A stretch of DNA of 63,952 nt, filler included, from Octopus bimaculoides (Eukaryota): NCBI RefSeq assembly GCF_001194135.2. It is 5 parts of 5 records of this genome, joined end to end, with 100 filler letters (N's around TTAATTAATTAA, not from the genome) between each part and the next. Parts side by side here need not be neighbours in the genome. Positions count along the whole stretch, not along the records: positions 1 to 20,912 come from NC_068981.1; 4 more parts are not named here. One strand, given 5' to 3'. Both the position numbers and the translations under genes were made by a program. Under the pieces are notes generated by a model. It was not told the DNA's origin, made no database searches, and saw only the letters and a list, made by a program, of their open reading frames with translations. Below, piece after piece: positions 1 to 11,130 of the stretch; position 1 is the stretch's first letter, and each line of letters opens with the position of its first letter.

Positions 1-14
1 AATAAATTTTTAAA

Positions 15-250
15 AGACACCATTTCGAGCATGGCCGTTGCCAGTATCGCCTGACTGGCCTTCGTGCAGGTGACACGTAAAAGCACCTCTCTGAGTGGTT
101 GGCGTTAAGAAGGGCATCCAGCTGTAGAAACTCTGCCAAATTTAGATTGGAGCCTGGTGTTGCCATCCGGTTTCACCAGTCCTCAGTCAAATCGTCCAAC
201 CCATGCTAGCATGGAAAGCGGACGTTAAACGATGATGATGATGATGATGA
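15..250 (+). mobile_element. 5'-truncated 3' UTR of an RTE-clade LINE (or RTE-tailed SINE)
   Basis: Contains ggcgttaagaagggcatccagctgtagaaac...ggacgttaaac followed by a (gat)n tail. The same sequence lies directly downstream of the RTE ORF2 C-terminus at 29115-30137. Confidence 0.8.
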
Positions 251-289
251 TAACTATCATGCACCAAGCATTACTATGATAGTTTGAAG

Positions 290-1200
290 GAACCTTCAGC
301 AAATACTCATTGAAATTTCTAAATGATGGACTGTAATGTTTCATGCAGGCTTGATTATCTGCACAGTTCTTTCTGCTGCATCTCTAGATTTTGGACTGTA
401 GGTAGGACTTTCAGTCTTCTCGTAATGATGTCACCTTAACTAATTCTTTAATCAAATGACTTCTAGGCCAGTGTCTGATATCAATGGTATTGGAACACTA
501 AACCTAGAGAACATGGATCATTGACATTTTCTCACATTTTCTAAGCTTCCACTGGAACAGGAAAATGGTTTCAGTCCAAGAATTGGCTGAGTCAAATGTG
601 ATCAACACATTTTCAGTCTTTTATAGTGATTCCCATTGTATTTGAAGTCTCTCTAAGAACTGGGATTCAGACAACTTATCAGTACAAGGGGTATCTTTAC
701 ATTTGATTTTAGCACATATCACAAGATTTGATAAATTCTTCAGTATCTCTACTTATATCCAACCAGCAAACAAGTCTTTGCTTTCTTCAGTGTTCTTTAC
801 ATCATCTTTGGTTATAGATCTGCTCAAGTGCAGAAATAAATAGTCTGTTTTTACACAAATCTCTGCAGTTAGTTCAGAAGAGTGTCTGGTAAATTGTCAT
901 TCTAAAAGAGTTGGTCTAGACCAATCTTTTCTCTCAATGAGATTGTTCAAGTAAAATTAAATGACATATGTATTAAAATGATAATTCATCTGTAACTGTG
1001 TCAAAATCTAATGTATTTGTAAAGAACACTATCAACCATCAGAGTATACTTCAGTCTACTAAGAACATCAACATGACTTATGGTTTTTACTGGGCTTCTG
1101 AATGATTTTGAAATAACAGTATGATAAGATAAAGGTTTGGAACAATGTTAGTGCTTGAGGTACCTCTAATAAAAAATGTCTTAGTCATTCAACATGTCAC
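290..1200 (-). mobile_element. Degraded Ty3/Gypsy pol remnant (RNase H end to integrase)
   Basis: Manual minus-strand translation across stops and frameshifts gives ISHVDVLSRL, CWLDISRDTEEFIKSCDMC (integrase zinc-binding CxxC), MFSRFSVPIPLISDTG and SPTYSPKSRDAAERTVQIIK. These occur in the order expected for Gypsy pol. Confidence 0.7.
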
Positions 1201-1449
1201 ACCACCAGATAGATCTCATATTCAATATTGCTTCAGTTTCTTTGGTTACTGTTGAGTATATTTAATTTTCCCCTTTTACTTGTTTCAGTCATTAAACTGT
1301 AGTCATGGCAAGGCACCACCTTAAAAGGTTTTGTAAACAAATTGACCCCAGTTGTCAAATGGTGGTGGGAATAAACATTATCACAAAAACATACACATAC
1401 ATACACACATACATACATACATACATACATAGATATACAATGAGGTAGA

Positions 1450-1493
1450 CACTGCTGAGGAATCTGGCATTAACAGACGAAACTAGTCCAGTG
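1450..1493 (+). ncRNA. Minimal type I hammerhead ribozyme motif
   Basis: cactg-CTGAGGA-atctg(gcattaa)cagac-GAAA-c-ta-GTC-cagtg. Helix I is 5 bp and perfect, helix II has one A-C mismatch at the core-proximal pair, and helix III is the palindrome ACTAGT. Predicted cleavage is after GUC at 1488. Confidence 0.75.
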
Positions 1494-1759
1494 GTTTTCC
1501 AGCTTTGCTCATGGGATGGTTATTTCCCCTACTAGTGCATATAAATGTGTGTTCATGCAACTTTAAGGGTTTTAACTCTTATTTCTAGCAATATAGGTGC
1601 TCTTCAGCACCCTCAGTCATAATTAGTGATGATTGAATTTATGGTTTTATATTGTGCTTAGCTACTTATATTAATTTATATACATATATATATATATAGA
1701 AATATGTTTCAAAAAGAAAATAGAAACTACACGTGGAAAAGATANNNNNNNNNNATTTC

Positions 1760-1960
1760 ACACAGATTCAGCAGAAGCAGAAATAACGTTATAGCAAATA
1801 TTCTACTCAATACCACAGATTTGCTGGTCATTTGCTTGACCTTAACCACTTGACCACGTCCCTTGGTGGCTGACAATATACTCGTGATCTCTGTTAGTAG
1901 GGGAGCATCATAGCCATGTGTTCAGAGGCATTCTTTGGCGTTTGAATAAATGTAACGAAA
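1760..1960 (-). mobile_element. Interspersed repeat family C (partial copy)
   Basis: Reverse complement aligns by eye to about 63200-63385 (ttggctatgatgctccc...gtcagccaccaagggac...caaatctgtg.tattgag.agaatatttgct). Confidence 0.7.
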
Positions 1961-2202
1961 GCAAAGTTTGAAGGGAATATTAGCCATCTTTCATACTTTC
2001 TAGAGGTAAGCAAATGATGACAGAGTTTGCCAAATGCGTCGGTTGCTTTCGCAAGACGTTGACCACTTCCTCGTCAAGGGAAGCACTTGACCTCACTCTA
2101 CGACCAAGATATGCAAATGATTTCACATTCTTTAAGTCTTTCCTGTCAACCCATGGAGGAGTGTCACGGAAATTGTGAACTGGCAGCCTCCAATCTGCTG
2201 GG

Positions 2203-2233
<31 letters not shown>

Positions 2234-2424
2234 AGGTTGAGGAGGGTATTGGATTTAACCAAACCCAAAAAGATACAGGTAATACCGAGTAAGTGCTGTA
2301 TACCGACTAGTTATGACCCAGTCGTTGTATGAACAGGATTGGGGATTATAAGTCGTGTATTAGCGTGTGTATGTATAAATATATAAAAAGATAAAGAGAG
2401 CAATGGTAAAGTTGGAAATATATT

Positions 2425-2915
2425 TTATGGATAGAGTCTGACAGCTGTTTCTGGGAAGATCCAAAACTTCCCTTCATCAGAGACAGAAATAGTAAAAGAA
2501 TTGATTATTATTTCCATAGGCTGAGAGTTATAGTATGAAGTAAGAGTGAGTGTGATGTGCTGAAAGAAGAAAGAAAGAAAGAACAGTACTTGGAGTGTAG
2601 TTTCAGTCCAGTAGTAAGTATCCGGGTAAAGTAATCTTTGTGGGAATTTTCGGGAAATAGTTGCTGCAGCAAAGGCTGAAATAGCAGAGGTGGATATATG
2701 CCATATTGTGTCCGAGGTATATTGCTTGTGTTTACTTGAAGGATGTCCCAAGTCAAGTAAGAGATGTGTGTAGGGTAAATAGGTCAAGTCTTAAAGACAG
2801 AATGGGAAGTGGATAGAGGAACGATTCCGGTGGGGAATGGTAGTGGTATATTTATTGTGGTCAGTTAATCTGACTGGACAGAGAGGATGAGTGTTGTGAG
2901 GGAAGGAGGAAGGGG
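2425..2915 (-). mobile_element. Probable Penelope-like element terminal (pLTR) remnant
   Basis: Pyrimidine-rich minus-strand segment ending in the hammerhead at 2436-2484. Minimal hammerheads are established features of PLE pLTRs. No convincing protein motif was found. Confidence 0.3.
2436..2484 (-). ncRNA. Minimal type I hammerhead ribozyme motif
   Basis: Minus strand gtct-CTGATGA-a-gggaag(ttttggat)cttccc-a-GAAA-cagctg-TC-agac. Helix I is 4 bp, helix II is 6 bp with an A-A pair next to the core, helix III is the palindrome ACAGCTGT, and the cleavage triplet is GUC. Confidence 0.75.
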
Positions 2916-2916
2916 G

Positions 2917-3678
2917 CCGCCTCCGCCTCCGCCTCCGCCTCCGCCTCCGNNNNNNNNNNNNNNNNNNNNNNNNNNNNNNNNNNNNNNNNNNNNNNNNNNN
3001 NNNNNNNNNNNNNNNNNNNNNNNNNNNNNNNNNNNNNNNNNNNNNNNNNNNNNNNNNNNNNNNNNNNNNNNNNNNNNNNNNNNNNNNNNNNNNNNNNNNN
3101 NNNNNNNNNNNNNNNNNNNNNNNNNNNNNNNNNNNNNNNNNNNNNNNNNNNNNNNNNNNNNNNNNNNNNNNNNNNNNNNNNNNNNNNNNNNNNNNNNNNN
3201 NNNNNNNNNNNNNNNNNNNNNNNNNNNNNNNNNNNNNNNNNNNNNNNNNNNNNNNNNNNNNNNNNNNNNNNNNNNNNNNNNNNNNNNNNNNNNNNNNNNN
3301 NNNNNNNNNNNNNNNNNNNNNNNNNNNNNNNNNNNNNNNNNNNNNNNNNNNNNNNNNNNNNNNNNNNNNNNNNNNNNNNNNNNNNNNNNNNNNNNNNNNN
3401 NNNNNNNNNNNNNNNNNNNNNNNNNNNNNNNNNNNNNNNNNNNNNNNNNNNNNNNNNNNNNNNNNNNNNNNNNNNNNNNNNNNNNNNNNNNNNNNNNNNN
3501 NNNNNNNNNNNNNNNNNNNNNNNNNNNNNNNNNNNNNNNNNNNNNNNNNNNNNNNNNNNNNNNNNNNNNNNNNNNNNNNNNNNNNNNNNNNNNNNNNNNN
3601 NNNNNNNNNNNNNNNNNNNNNNNNNNNNNNNNNNNNNNNNNNNNNNNCACCGCCTCCACCGCCGTCCCCGCTGACATG
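2917..3678 (-). other. Gap-interrupted GC-rich (GGA GGC)n tract, possible Gly-rich exon
   Basis: (cctccg)n lies left of a roughly 700-N gap and caccgcctccaccgccgtcc lies right of it. On the minus strand a roughly 30-nt polypyrimidine tract plus AG (3679-3680) precedes CATGTCAGCGGGGACGGCGGTGGAGGCGGT (HVSGDGGGGG). Confidence 0.25.
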
Positions 3679-4340
3679 CTAAAAGGAAAAGAAAACAAGA
3701 AACAAAAAAGAATCTATTTTCTTTCTTTTCTCGTTTTCACTTTTAAATTTTCATTTTACTGCATTAAGATTTAATTTATGTATCTCATTATTTCCAGGCA
3801 TTTAATTATCTTTAAATAGTTGGACTGCAAAAGAAAGAAGAGAATGTGGAAGCAACATTGATTAAGTATTTTTCTTTGTTCTCCTACTTGATTTTTTGTT
3901 TCTTTTATTCCTTCCTTCTATTAAATATTTTCATCTATTTAACTAGTATTTTTTATGAATATATACTGTTTTTGGTGACCAGGAAAATATAACTTCGATA
4001 ATATGATGTTTCTGGCTGGGTCTCATTGCTGTTGATGTTGTTGTTGAGTCTAGAATCTAAACTGATAATTGCTCATTTATGTTAACATAAAGATAGTAAA
4101 ATATTATTTATTTTAAATGTCTTTTTTAATTTCTGCATTTGTATTTTGTTTGTTACTTTGTGTGCATATGTCTATACATGTGTATGTGTGTGTATATATG
4201 TATTTATGTAAATACACATTTATATACATATGTATATATATACATATATACATCTCTATATCTCTATATCTAAATCTATATCTATATCTCCCTCTATATA
4301 TATATAAAGAAAATAAGACAAGGTAAAAAATGCTAAAATA

Positions 4341-4896
4341 ATGACTAGGTTAGCAAAGGTGGGGACCACTCTCATACCCATTGCAGTGCCCGATTTTTGT
4401 CAATAGAAGTTGTCTTTGAAGACAAAGTAGTTATTCTCCAAGATGAATTTTAGCCTTTCTATTACGAATTCTTTTTTGATGCGATGTGGGAGTTCATTGG
4501 CGTAATTTTCTAGCCAGAATTGAATTGCCTCTATTCCTAGGCTGTGGGGGATATTAGAATAGAGGTTGACTACATCGAAGGATACTAGTAGGGTGTTTTT
4601 TTGTATTGTTTTAGGGAGATGATTGAGCATGTCCAGGTTGTCTGATATGCTTGAAGAATGGTTTTATGAGAGTATCTAAAAAGTTACTGAGGTGGTGGTT
4701 TCGCATGCGGGACCTGCTATTATAGGTCTCAATTTGAGGTCATTAGGAGTAGGGACCTTGATTATTATGTCTGTGACTATCCTGCATGCGTTATTTATTT
4801 TCTCACTTTTGTGTATCTTAGGAATACCATAGAATTGACTGGATTTACTTTTGAAGTTGGTCATATAATCATATTCCTTGTCGATGAGCCCTTCTC
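4341..4896 (-). mobile_element. Penelope-like element RT, inverted 5' segment
   Basis: Minus-strand translations: LIDKEYDYMTNFKSKSSQFYGIPKIHK...LRPIIAGPACET, LVSFDVVNLYSNIPHSLGIEAI...FILENNYFVF, and *QKSGTAMGMRVVPTFANLV (RT motifs 1 to 4/B). Confidence 0.9.
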
Positions 4897-5530
4897 TGCT
4901 AACCTAGTCATGGGATATCTAGAAATAAGTCTTTATCGTAAGGTACTAGAAAAATACAGCAACCCATTCTCCCTCTACATAGAAAATAACTGGAAGAAGT
5001 ATCTGGATGACTGCTTCATTCTTTGGCATGAAAGTATAGAGATACTTAAAGAATTTCAAGCACTTATAAATGGACTTGATGTAAACATTCAATTCACAAT
5101 GGAATAAAGCTATCAACAACTTCCTTTCCTTGACATCCTCATTAAGAAATCTAACAACAAAATAGAAACAGATATATACTATAAGCCCACGGACTCCAAG
5201 CAATATCTACTGTTCAACTCATGCCACCCTCGACACACTAGAATGAATATCCCTTTCAACCTGGCAAAAAGGATCTGTACTATAGTTTCTAATACAAGCA
5301 CCAAGGACATACGACTAAAAAAATTACACTCATCACCAGGAAATACCCACCATTACTAATTGTTATATGCTTTCAATGTGCCCAACAACTCAACATCCAC
5401 GAACTTAGGCATCTCAAATTAAAGAAGGATTTACAACCAAAAGCCCTACCATACATCTCCACACACAACCCTCTTAACAATGAAGCCTTCGGCACCATCC
5501 TCCAAAACATTCCCCTACTAAAAAGGGACC
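4897..5530 (+). mobile_element. Penelope-like element RT, direct 3' segment (pseudogenised)
   Basis: Plus strand ANLVMGYLE...WKKYLDDCFILW...INGLDVNIQFTME*, then QQLPFLDILI...TDIYYKPTDSKQYLLFNSCHPRHTRMNIPFNLAKRICTIVS (YxDD motif and thumb). It is truncated before the endonuclease. Confidence 0.9.
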
Positions 5531-6130
5531 ACAGCTACTTCAAATGCCAATGGTTTAGCATTATTCAAAAGTGTAGTCCCACATACAACAGCTTTGCAAA
5601 AATATTTCTGGCTGAAAATATCATACATACATGGAGTTACGATTTTATGCACCCCAAAAAATATTATTGTTAAGCTGAAACTGCTGGTAATGTAAAAAGA
5701 AATTGAATGGTAAAACTAATTTTTTGTTTTCTGAAAAAGCAACGCTTTGGACTTACAAGACATTTGCATAATAACAATGATATATATATGCTGGTAGATT
5801 TTCTTATCATGAATGACAAATGTTCATTAAAGTTCAGTAAAGTAAAGTAATAATCATGTTCTATGGACACAAATGTGTCTTTTGAGGCCTACTAGTACCT
5901 TGCAAACATTTTGTCAAATGGAACAAGTTGAGGATTCAATATGCTTTAGTGTTTGTGGATCACTTACTATGCATTTTCTTGAGTGGACGGCAAGGCCTGC
6001 TTTGCTTTGTGCCATATATATATATGTGAGTTTGAGTCTCATGGCTGGCCAGTAGCATATTTTTCTACAATAAATGGATAATTTATCCTGATCACGCTAT
6101 TTATAGCATTATTACGCGTTTGAGAAATAA

Positions 6131-6170
<40 letters not shown>

Positions 6171-8494
6171 CACACACCACACACACACACACACACACAC
6201 TCACTCACACACACACGTCTTCTGAGACTCAACAAGATATATATATATATATATATATGTACACACACACACACACGTGCGTGCACACACACACATATAC
6301 ACATGCAAATATAAGCAGTTCATTATAGCTTATGTTTTTGAAATGAAATGAAATATGTAGAATATTTGCAGTTGTTTGAAACTTTATTATATTTATTTGT
6401 TTTACACACACACAAAACGAATGGCTAAATACAAATAAAAGTTACTTTATAAAAATAACATTCATTTTTCCCATCATCATTTTTCACATTATTCCAGAGA
6501 GTATTTTCTCAAAGAAGAAAAATAATTTACAAAATGAAAACATCTCTAATTTAATTATATAGCTGATAAAATAAGTATTCAGGAGAAAGCAAGAGATATG
6601 GAAGGAGTGAGAAAGAAAGAGAGAGAGATGGGGTGGGAGGAAAAGGAACTGGAATTTTTAAGATGGATAACCAAAATACAAATATTTAAATTCTCATCTC
6701 TTCTGATAACAAATTCTTGTTTTATTTTGTGGAAAATTTGGCAGTTGTGAACAGTTTGGTTTCATCAGGTGAATTTATGAGTTCACTAGATATTTGAAAC
6801 TTTTAATTATTTCTGTAAAAATAAATTAAACAGATATCATATTTAGGAAAATGAAAAATAATGATCTTCCGTTGACATAAAATTATATTTTGCCAAAGAG
6901 GAATATTGTTATTATTATGTATTATTGAAATCTATTAATAACTAATAATAGTGCCTGACCTTACCCAGATTTTTTAATACCAGAAATAAATATGATCATA
7001 TGAATTCACTATATTTGGGATAAACTGCTTTAGAAAAAGATGATGCTCTTCAGATGACTTAAGAATGTTGATTCATTCAAAATTACTGCATATGCTGGCA
7101 ATTCAGAAGATGGTTTAAGTTGAGTTCCATAAAAATGAACCACCACCACCACCACCACTATCTATTACTGATAAATTTAGTCATATAAACTTTCCAGTGA
7201 TATGAAAATAAGCATGTAATACTGTGTGTTAAGATTTGTAAAAGTTTTACCAATTTGCTCATACAGCAACAGAGTAAAATTATGTATAGTCTATATGTTA
7301 ATTCCATTCCATAGTTGATTGTTTACTTCTTGGTGTAAAGTGAAAAATAATGGATAACATCTCTCAAGTTGGAAGTGATATGTATATAATAAAGATGTTC
7401 TCTAAGACTGCACCATCAATATTCCTATGTGTACTCTTAAACTATCTCAAGAATGAAATGCTTCAGAAAAAATACACTTTCAAAAGAAATTATGTCTTAT
7501 GGGTCTCTTAAACCTGCCAACCATATAGTTTTCAAAATAACTGTGGAATTTCCAGGGGTACTAATATATAGTTAATTCAAACAGTGGAATATATTTTATG
7601 CTGTGATGAAGAGAAGTCTAACATTTTATTTTTACCAATACAGAACATCACTAGTTTCCTTGGATTATATTATTTTACTGTCTGTTTTATAGTTTGTTGT
7701 GTTCCTCTCCAACAGAAACATTTGTCTATTACACTGTGTTATCTGTTGTTCAACAAACAAAACCACATTCTAATTTAATCTGTTGCTCTTCCAGTAAAAT
7801 TACTTTTCTGTTGTACAACTGGCTATACTGCTGTGAAAGCAAATCTAAAAATCTATCTTACAAAAGATTTCATTAGGGGTAAAATGTCAGACATGAAAAT
7901 GATATTAATACAATTTAATTTAAAACAAGCGTTTCTCTAAAAATACAATGAAGGGAAAAAAAGTGGATATCTTTTTTTTTTTTACCAATAAAACTTAACT
8001 CTTGTAAATAAAAATGTTCAGTTTGTATTGATAAAAAAATGAGACAGTAAATATAATAAGTATGTGAATGGGAATATTTCTTGTGTTAGTGGAAATTGCC
8101 AGAAATTATTACCAAGATAGTATGTATGCCTTAAGATATTTCAAATTAATAACGATGATAAAAAGTCTCTTGACCTGTAGACCTTCAATAAAACAAAGAT
8201 GTTGTACTAATTTGAATTACATAAATAAGTCTTTTTTATCATTTTTATTTTTGTTTTACACTATGTTTTAATTGATTATAAACTCAAATCTTATACATTT
8301 ACTTCTTTTCTTATATATATGCTAACTTGCCTTAAGTTGGGTTTAAAATCATAAGCTTTATGTCTAATGCTAGGTTTCAACTTGTTAACTGGTATATGTT
8401 ATCTCTTGATTGGTACACCTTTGATAAAGCAAAGGTGCTGTGCTAATTTGAATTATTTTAATGTTTTTTTTTATTATTTTTGTTTTTATGTTTT

Positions 8495-8715
8495 ACATCA
8501 TCATCATCATTTAATGTCCGTTGTCTATGCTGGCATGGGTTCAATAGATTGACCAGAGCCGACAAGCAGTGAGTTGCACCAGACTCCAGTCTGATTTGGC
8601 CTGGTTTCTACAGCTGGATGCCCTTCCTAATGCCAACCACTTTACAGAGTGTACTGAATGCTTTTGTGTGGCACTGCACAGGTGCTTTTACATGGCACTA
8701 CATGCAAAAACATCA
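8495..8715 (-). mobile_element. RTE 3' UTR copy
   Basis: (cat)n ttaatgtccg...cagctggatgcccttcctaatgccaaccac is the reverse complement of the RTE tail. Confidence 0.8.
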
Positions 8716-9052
8716 CAAAAACTGCTACTCAGAGTTTCATGTTCCTGTTCGTTGGACAGTTGAGATCAAGACTGGAATAAAATTGTGATGGTACATGTAA
8801 TATATTATTTGATATAACCCAATTTGATGAATAAACATTTGAATTTGATTGGGTAAAGTTATTTTGAAAACATAAGTGGTGTTGTATTCGTTAAAGGTTG
8901 GGCTGGTTGGGAGCTATATATAATTTGAACAGCAAAATATTAATATATCATATTGTATAATATTGAAAAAGCCTTGAGGGAAGAAGAGAGTAATACGAGC
9001 CCAGAAGAGATTAATCAATTATAAATAAATAATTAATAGAGGCATAAGCATA

Positions 9053-9415
9053 TATCATCATCATCATCGTTTAATGTCCATTGTCCATGCTGGCATAGGT
9101 TGGATGGTTTGACCAAGGCTGACAAGCTGGAAGGCTGCATCAGACTCCAGTCTAATTTGGCATGGTTTCTACTGCTGGATGCCCTTCTTAACACCAACCA
9201 TTCTGAGAGTGTAGTGGTGCTTTTATGTGCCACCAGCATGGGTGCCACTGGTATTTGCCATGACTGTGATTTTGCTCAGTTTGATGGGTCTTCTTCTCAA
9301 GCATGCCATAATGCCAAAGGTCTCCGTCATTGCCTCTGAGAGGCCTGATACTCGAAAGGAACTCAGTCACTTTGCTTCTGTGACGCCCAATGCTTGAAAG
9401 GAACTCACCCCCGGG
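9053..9415 (-). mobile_element. 5'-truncated RTE copy including the last ORF2 codons
   Basis: RTE tail at 9053-9260. The reverse complement of 9280-9360 matches 29520-29600 (ggcctc.cagaggcaatgac...gacctttgg...gagaagaccc). Confidence 0.75.
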
Positions 9416-9417
9416 AG

Positions 9418-9570
9418 GCCAGTTTCTTTCCATTTCTGTGTACCAAATCTACTAACAAGACTTTGGTTGGCCCAGGGCTATAGTAGAACTCACTTGCCAA
9501 AGGTACCATGCTGTACAACTGAATCTGAAATCATGTAGCTGAAAGGCAGACTTGTTATCACACAGTCACA
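9418..9570 (-). mobile_element. tRNA-derived SINE family A (diverged)
   Basis: Reverse complement resembles 60607-60770 (ggcaagtg.gttctactatagccc.gggcc.accaaag.cttg). Confidence 0.65.
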
Positions 9571-10446
9571 GAATTAGATAATGTAGTGAGGGTAAAAATA
9601 GAGCGATTTTTAGAAGACATTCTTGGTTTGTCATTGTAGTTGTTTAGTCACAAGTCAACTCTGATGAAAGACATTCTAGCTGTCACCATTCCTCCATATG
9701 TGCAGGAAACTCAAAACCACATTATTCAATACATTGCTTTTTAAGAGTCTTGGATGGGATTTGAAGAAGAGTTGGTTGTTATTTCTAGTAGATCAAGGAA
9801 CCACATGATGGATTCCTTTTTGGTTCAACAAAAAAAAAGTCTGGTGTGATGGCAGAGTTTGTTTTTAGATATGTGTAAAATTCTGTAGTATCAAGATTGT
9901 GAAAATTGCTAATAGATAGATGTTAAAACTACAGATTGCTCTCAACCACAGATGTTTATATAGGTGTGAGAGCATAAATTGTTCACAGATGAGTAGATTG
10001 TATGAGAGCTGAAGATATTTGAAAAATAATTTTTAACCATTCTTTTTTTCTTTATTTTGTACATTCATAGTAAAAAATTTACAGAGTTAAGCAATAATTT
10101 AGCTTCAAAATTTGACGAGGTTATCTAGTTATAAGAGATAAACAAATTCATTTTAGTTATGCTAAATTTAATTCTTTTCCTAACAAAAAAGAATAAAAAG
10201 ATGAATCCCCTAAAAACATTGTAGTTACTCTAAAACAGCTTTCTATTTCAATAAATTATACTATTTCTGATTCTAGTTTTCAACTCATTTCGAAGATTTA
10301 TTAAAATGTTCAAATTTTCCCATTGCATTAATAGTTTTCTTTTTTTTAGTTTGTTCCTTTATTGTTTCATTTTTAGAAATTTGTTTCTCTCTCACCTGAT
10401 TTTCTCTCTCACCTTCTGCTCTCCTCATCTCACCCATGTTCTTTCC

Positions 10447-10578
10447 TATTTGCTGCAAAACACATTTCTTTTCCTCTCTATCACAATTTATTTGCTGCAA
10501 AACACATTTCTTTTCCTCTCTATCACAATTTATTTGCTGCAAAACACATTTCTTTTCCTCTCTATCACAATTTATTTG
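10447..10578. repeat. 42-bp tandem repeat, 3 copies
   Basis: Unit tatttgctgcaaaacacatttcttttcctctctatcacaatt, exact copies. The ORF track shows the 14-aa repeat LLQNTFLFLSITIY. Confidence 0.95.
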
Positions 10579-10877
10579 TTCTCCCTTTCTTTGAAATAAA
10601 TTTCCCTTTCTTAAGTGAACTCCTCTTTTCTTGCTCTCTCTTTCCCTTTCATTCTCTCTCTTTCATTCTCCCTTTATTTCCTTCTCTCTCTCAAAAGCTT
10701 TTGTTCCTCTCTTTCTGTTTACACTTTCCTTCTCTCTTCCTCTCTTATTTAAGCTTTCTGTTTCCAGAAAATCCATATTTTCACCTCTATCCACAAATTC
10801 ATTTTCTCATACTTTCTCTCAAAAAGAATGTTCTTCTCTTACTCTTTTCTTATATCTTCCCTTTTTCTTTCTCCTCA

Positions 10878-11130
10878 ATATCATTGTCGTTTAACGTCCG
10901 CTTTCCATGCTGGTATGGGTTGGACAGTTTGACTGAGAACTGGTCAGCCGGGAGGCTGCACCAGGCCCCAATCTAATTTGGCAAGGTTTCTATGGCTGGA
11001 TGTCCTTTCTTACCCTAACCACTCCGAGAATGTGGTGGGTGCTTTTTATGTGCCACTGGCACGGATGTCATTCAGGCAGCACTGGCACCAGGCACACTCA
11101 AGTGGTGCTTTTTATGGGCCACCAGCATGT
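10878..11130 (-). mobile_element. RTE 3' UTR copy
   Basis: atcattgtcgtttaacgtccgctttccatgctgg...ggctggatgtcctttc, with two gtgctttttatg subrepeats. Confidence 0.8.

Noticed and set aside
2508-2756. TWDILQVNTSNIP as a Penelope RT motif
   Set aside because: The resemblance to T.D..SLYTNIP is marginal and the downstream RT motifs are absent.
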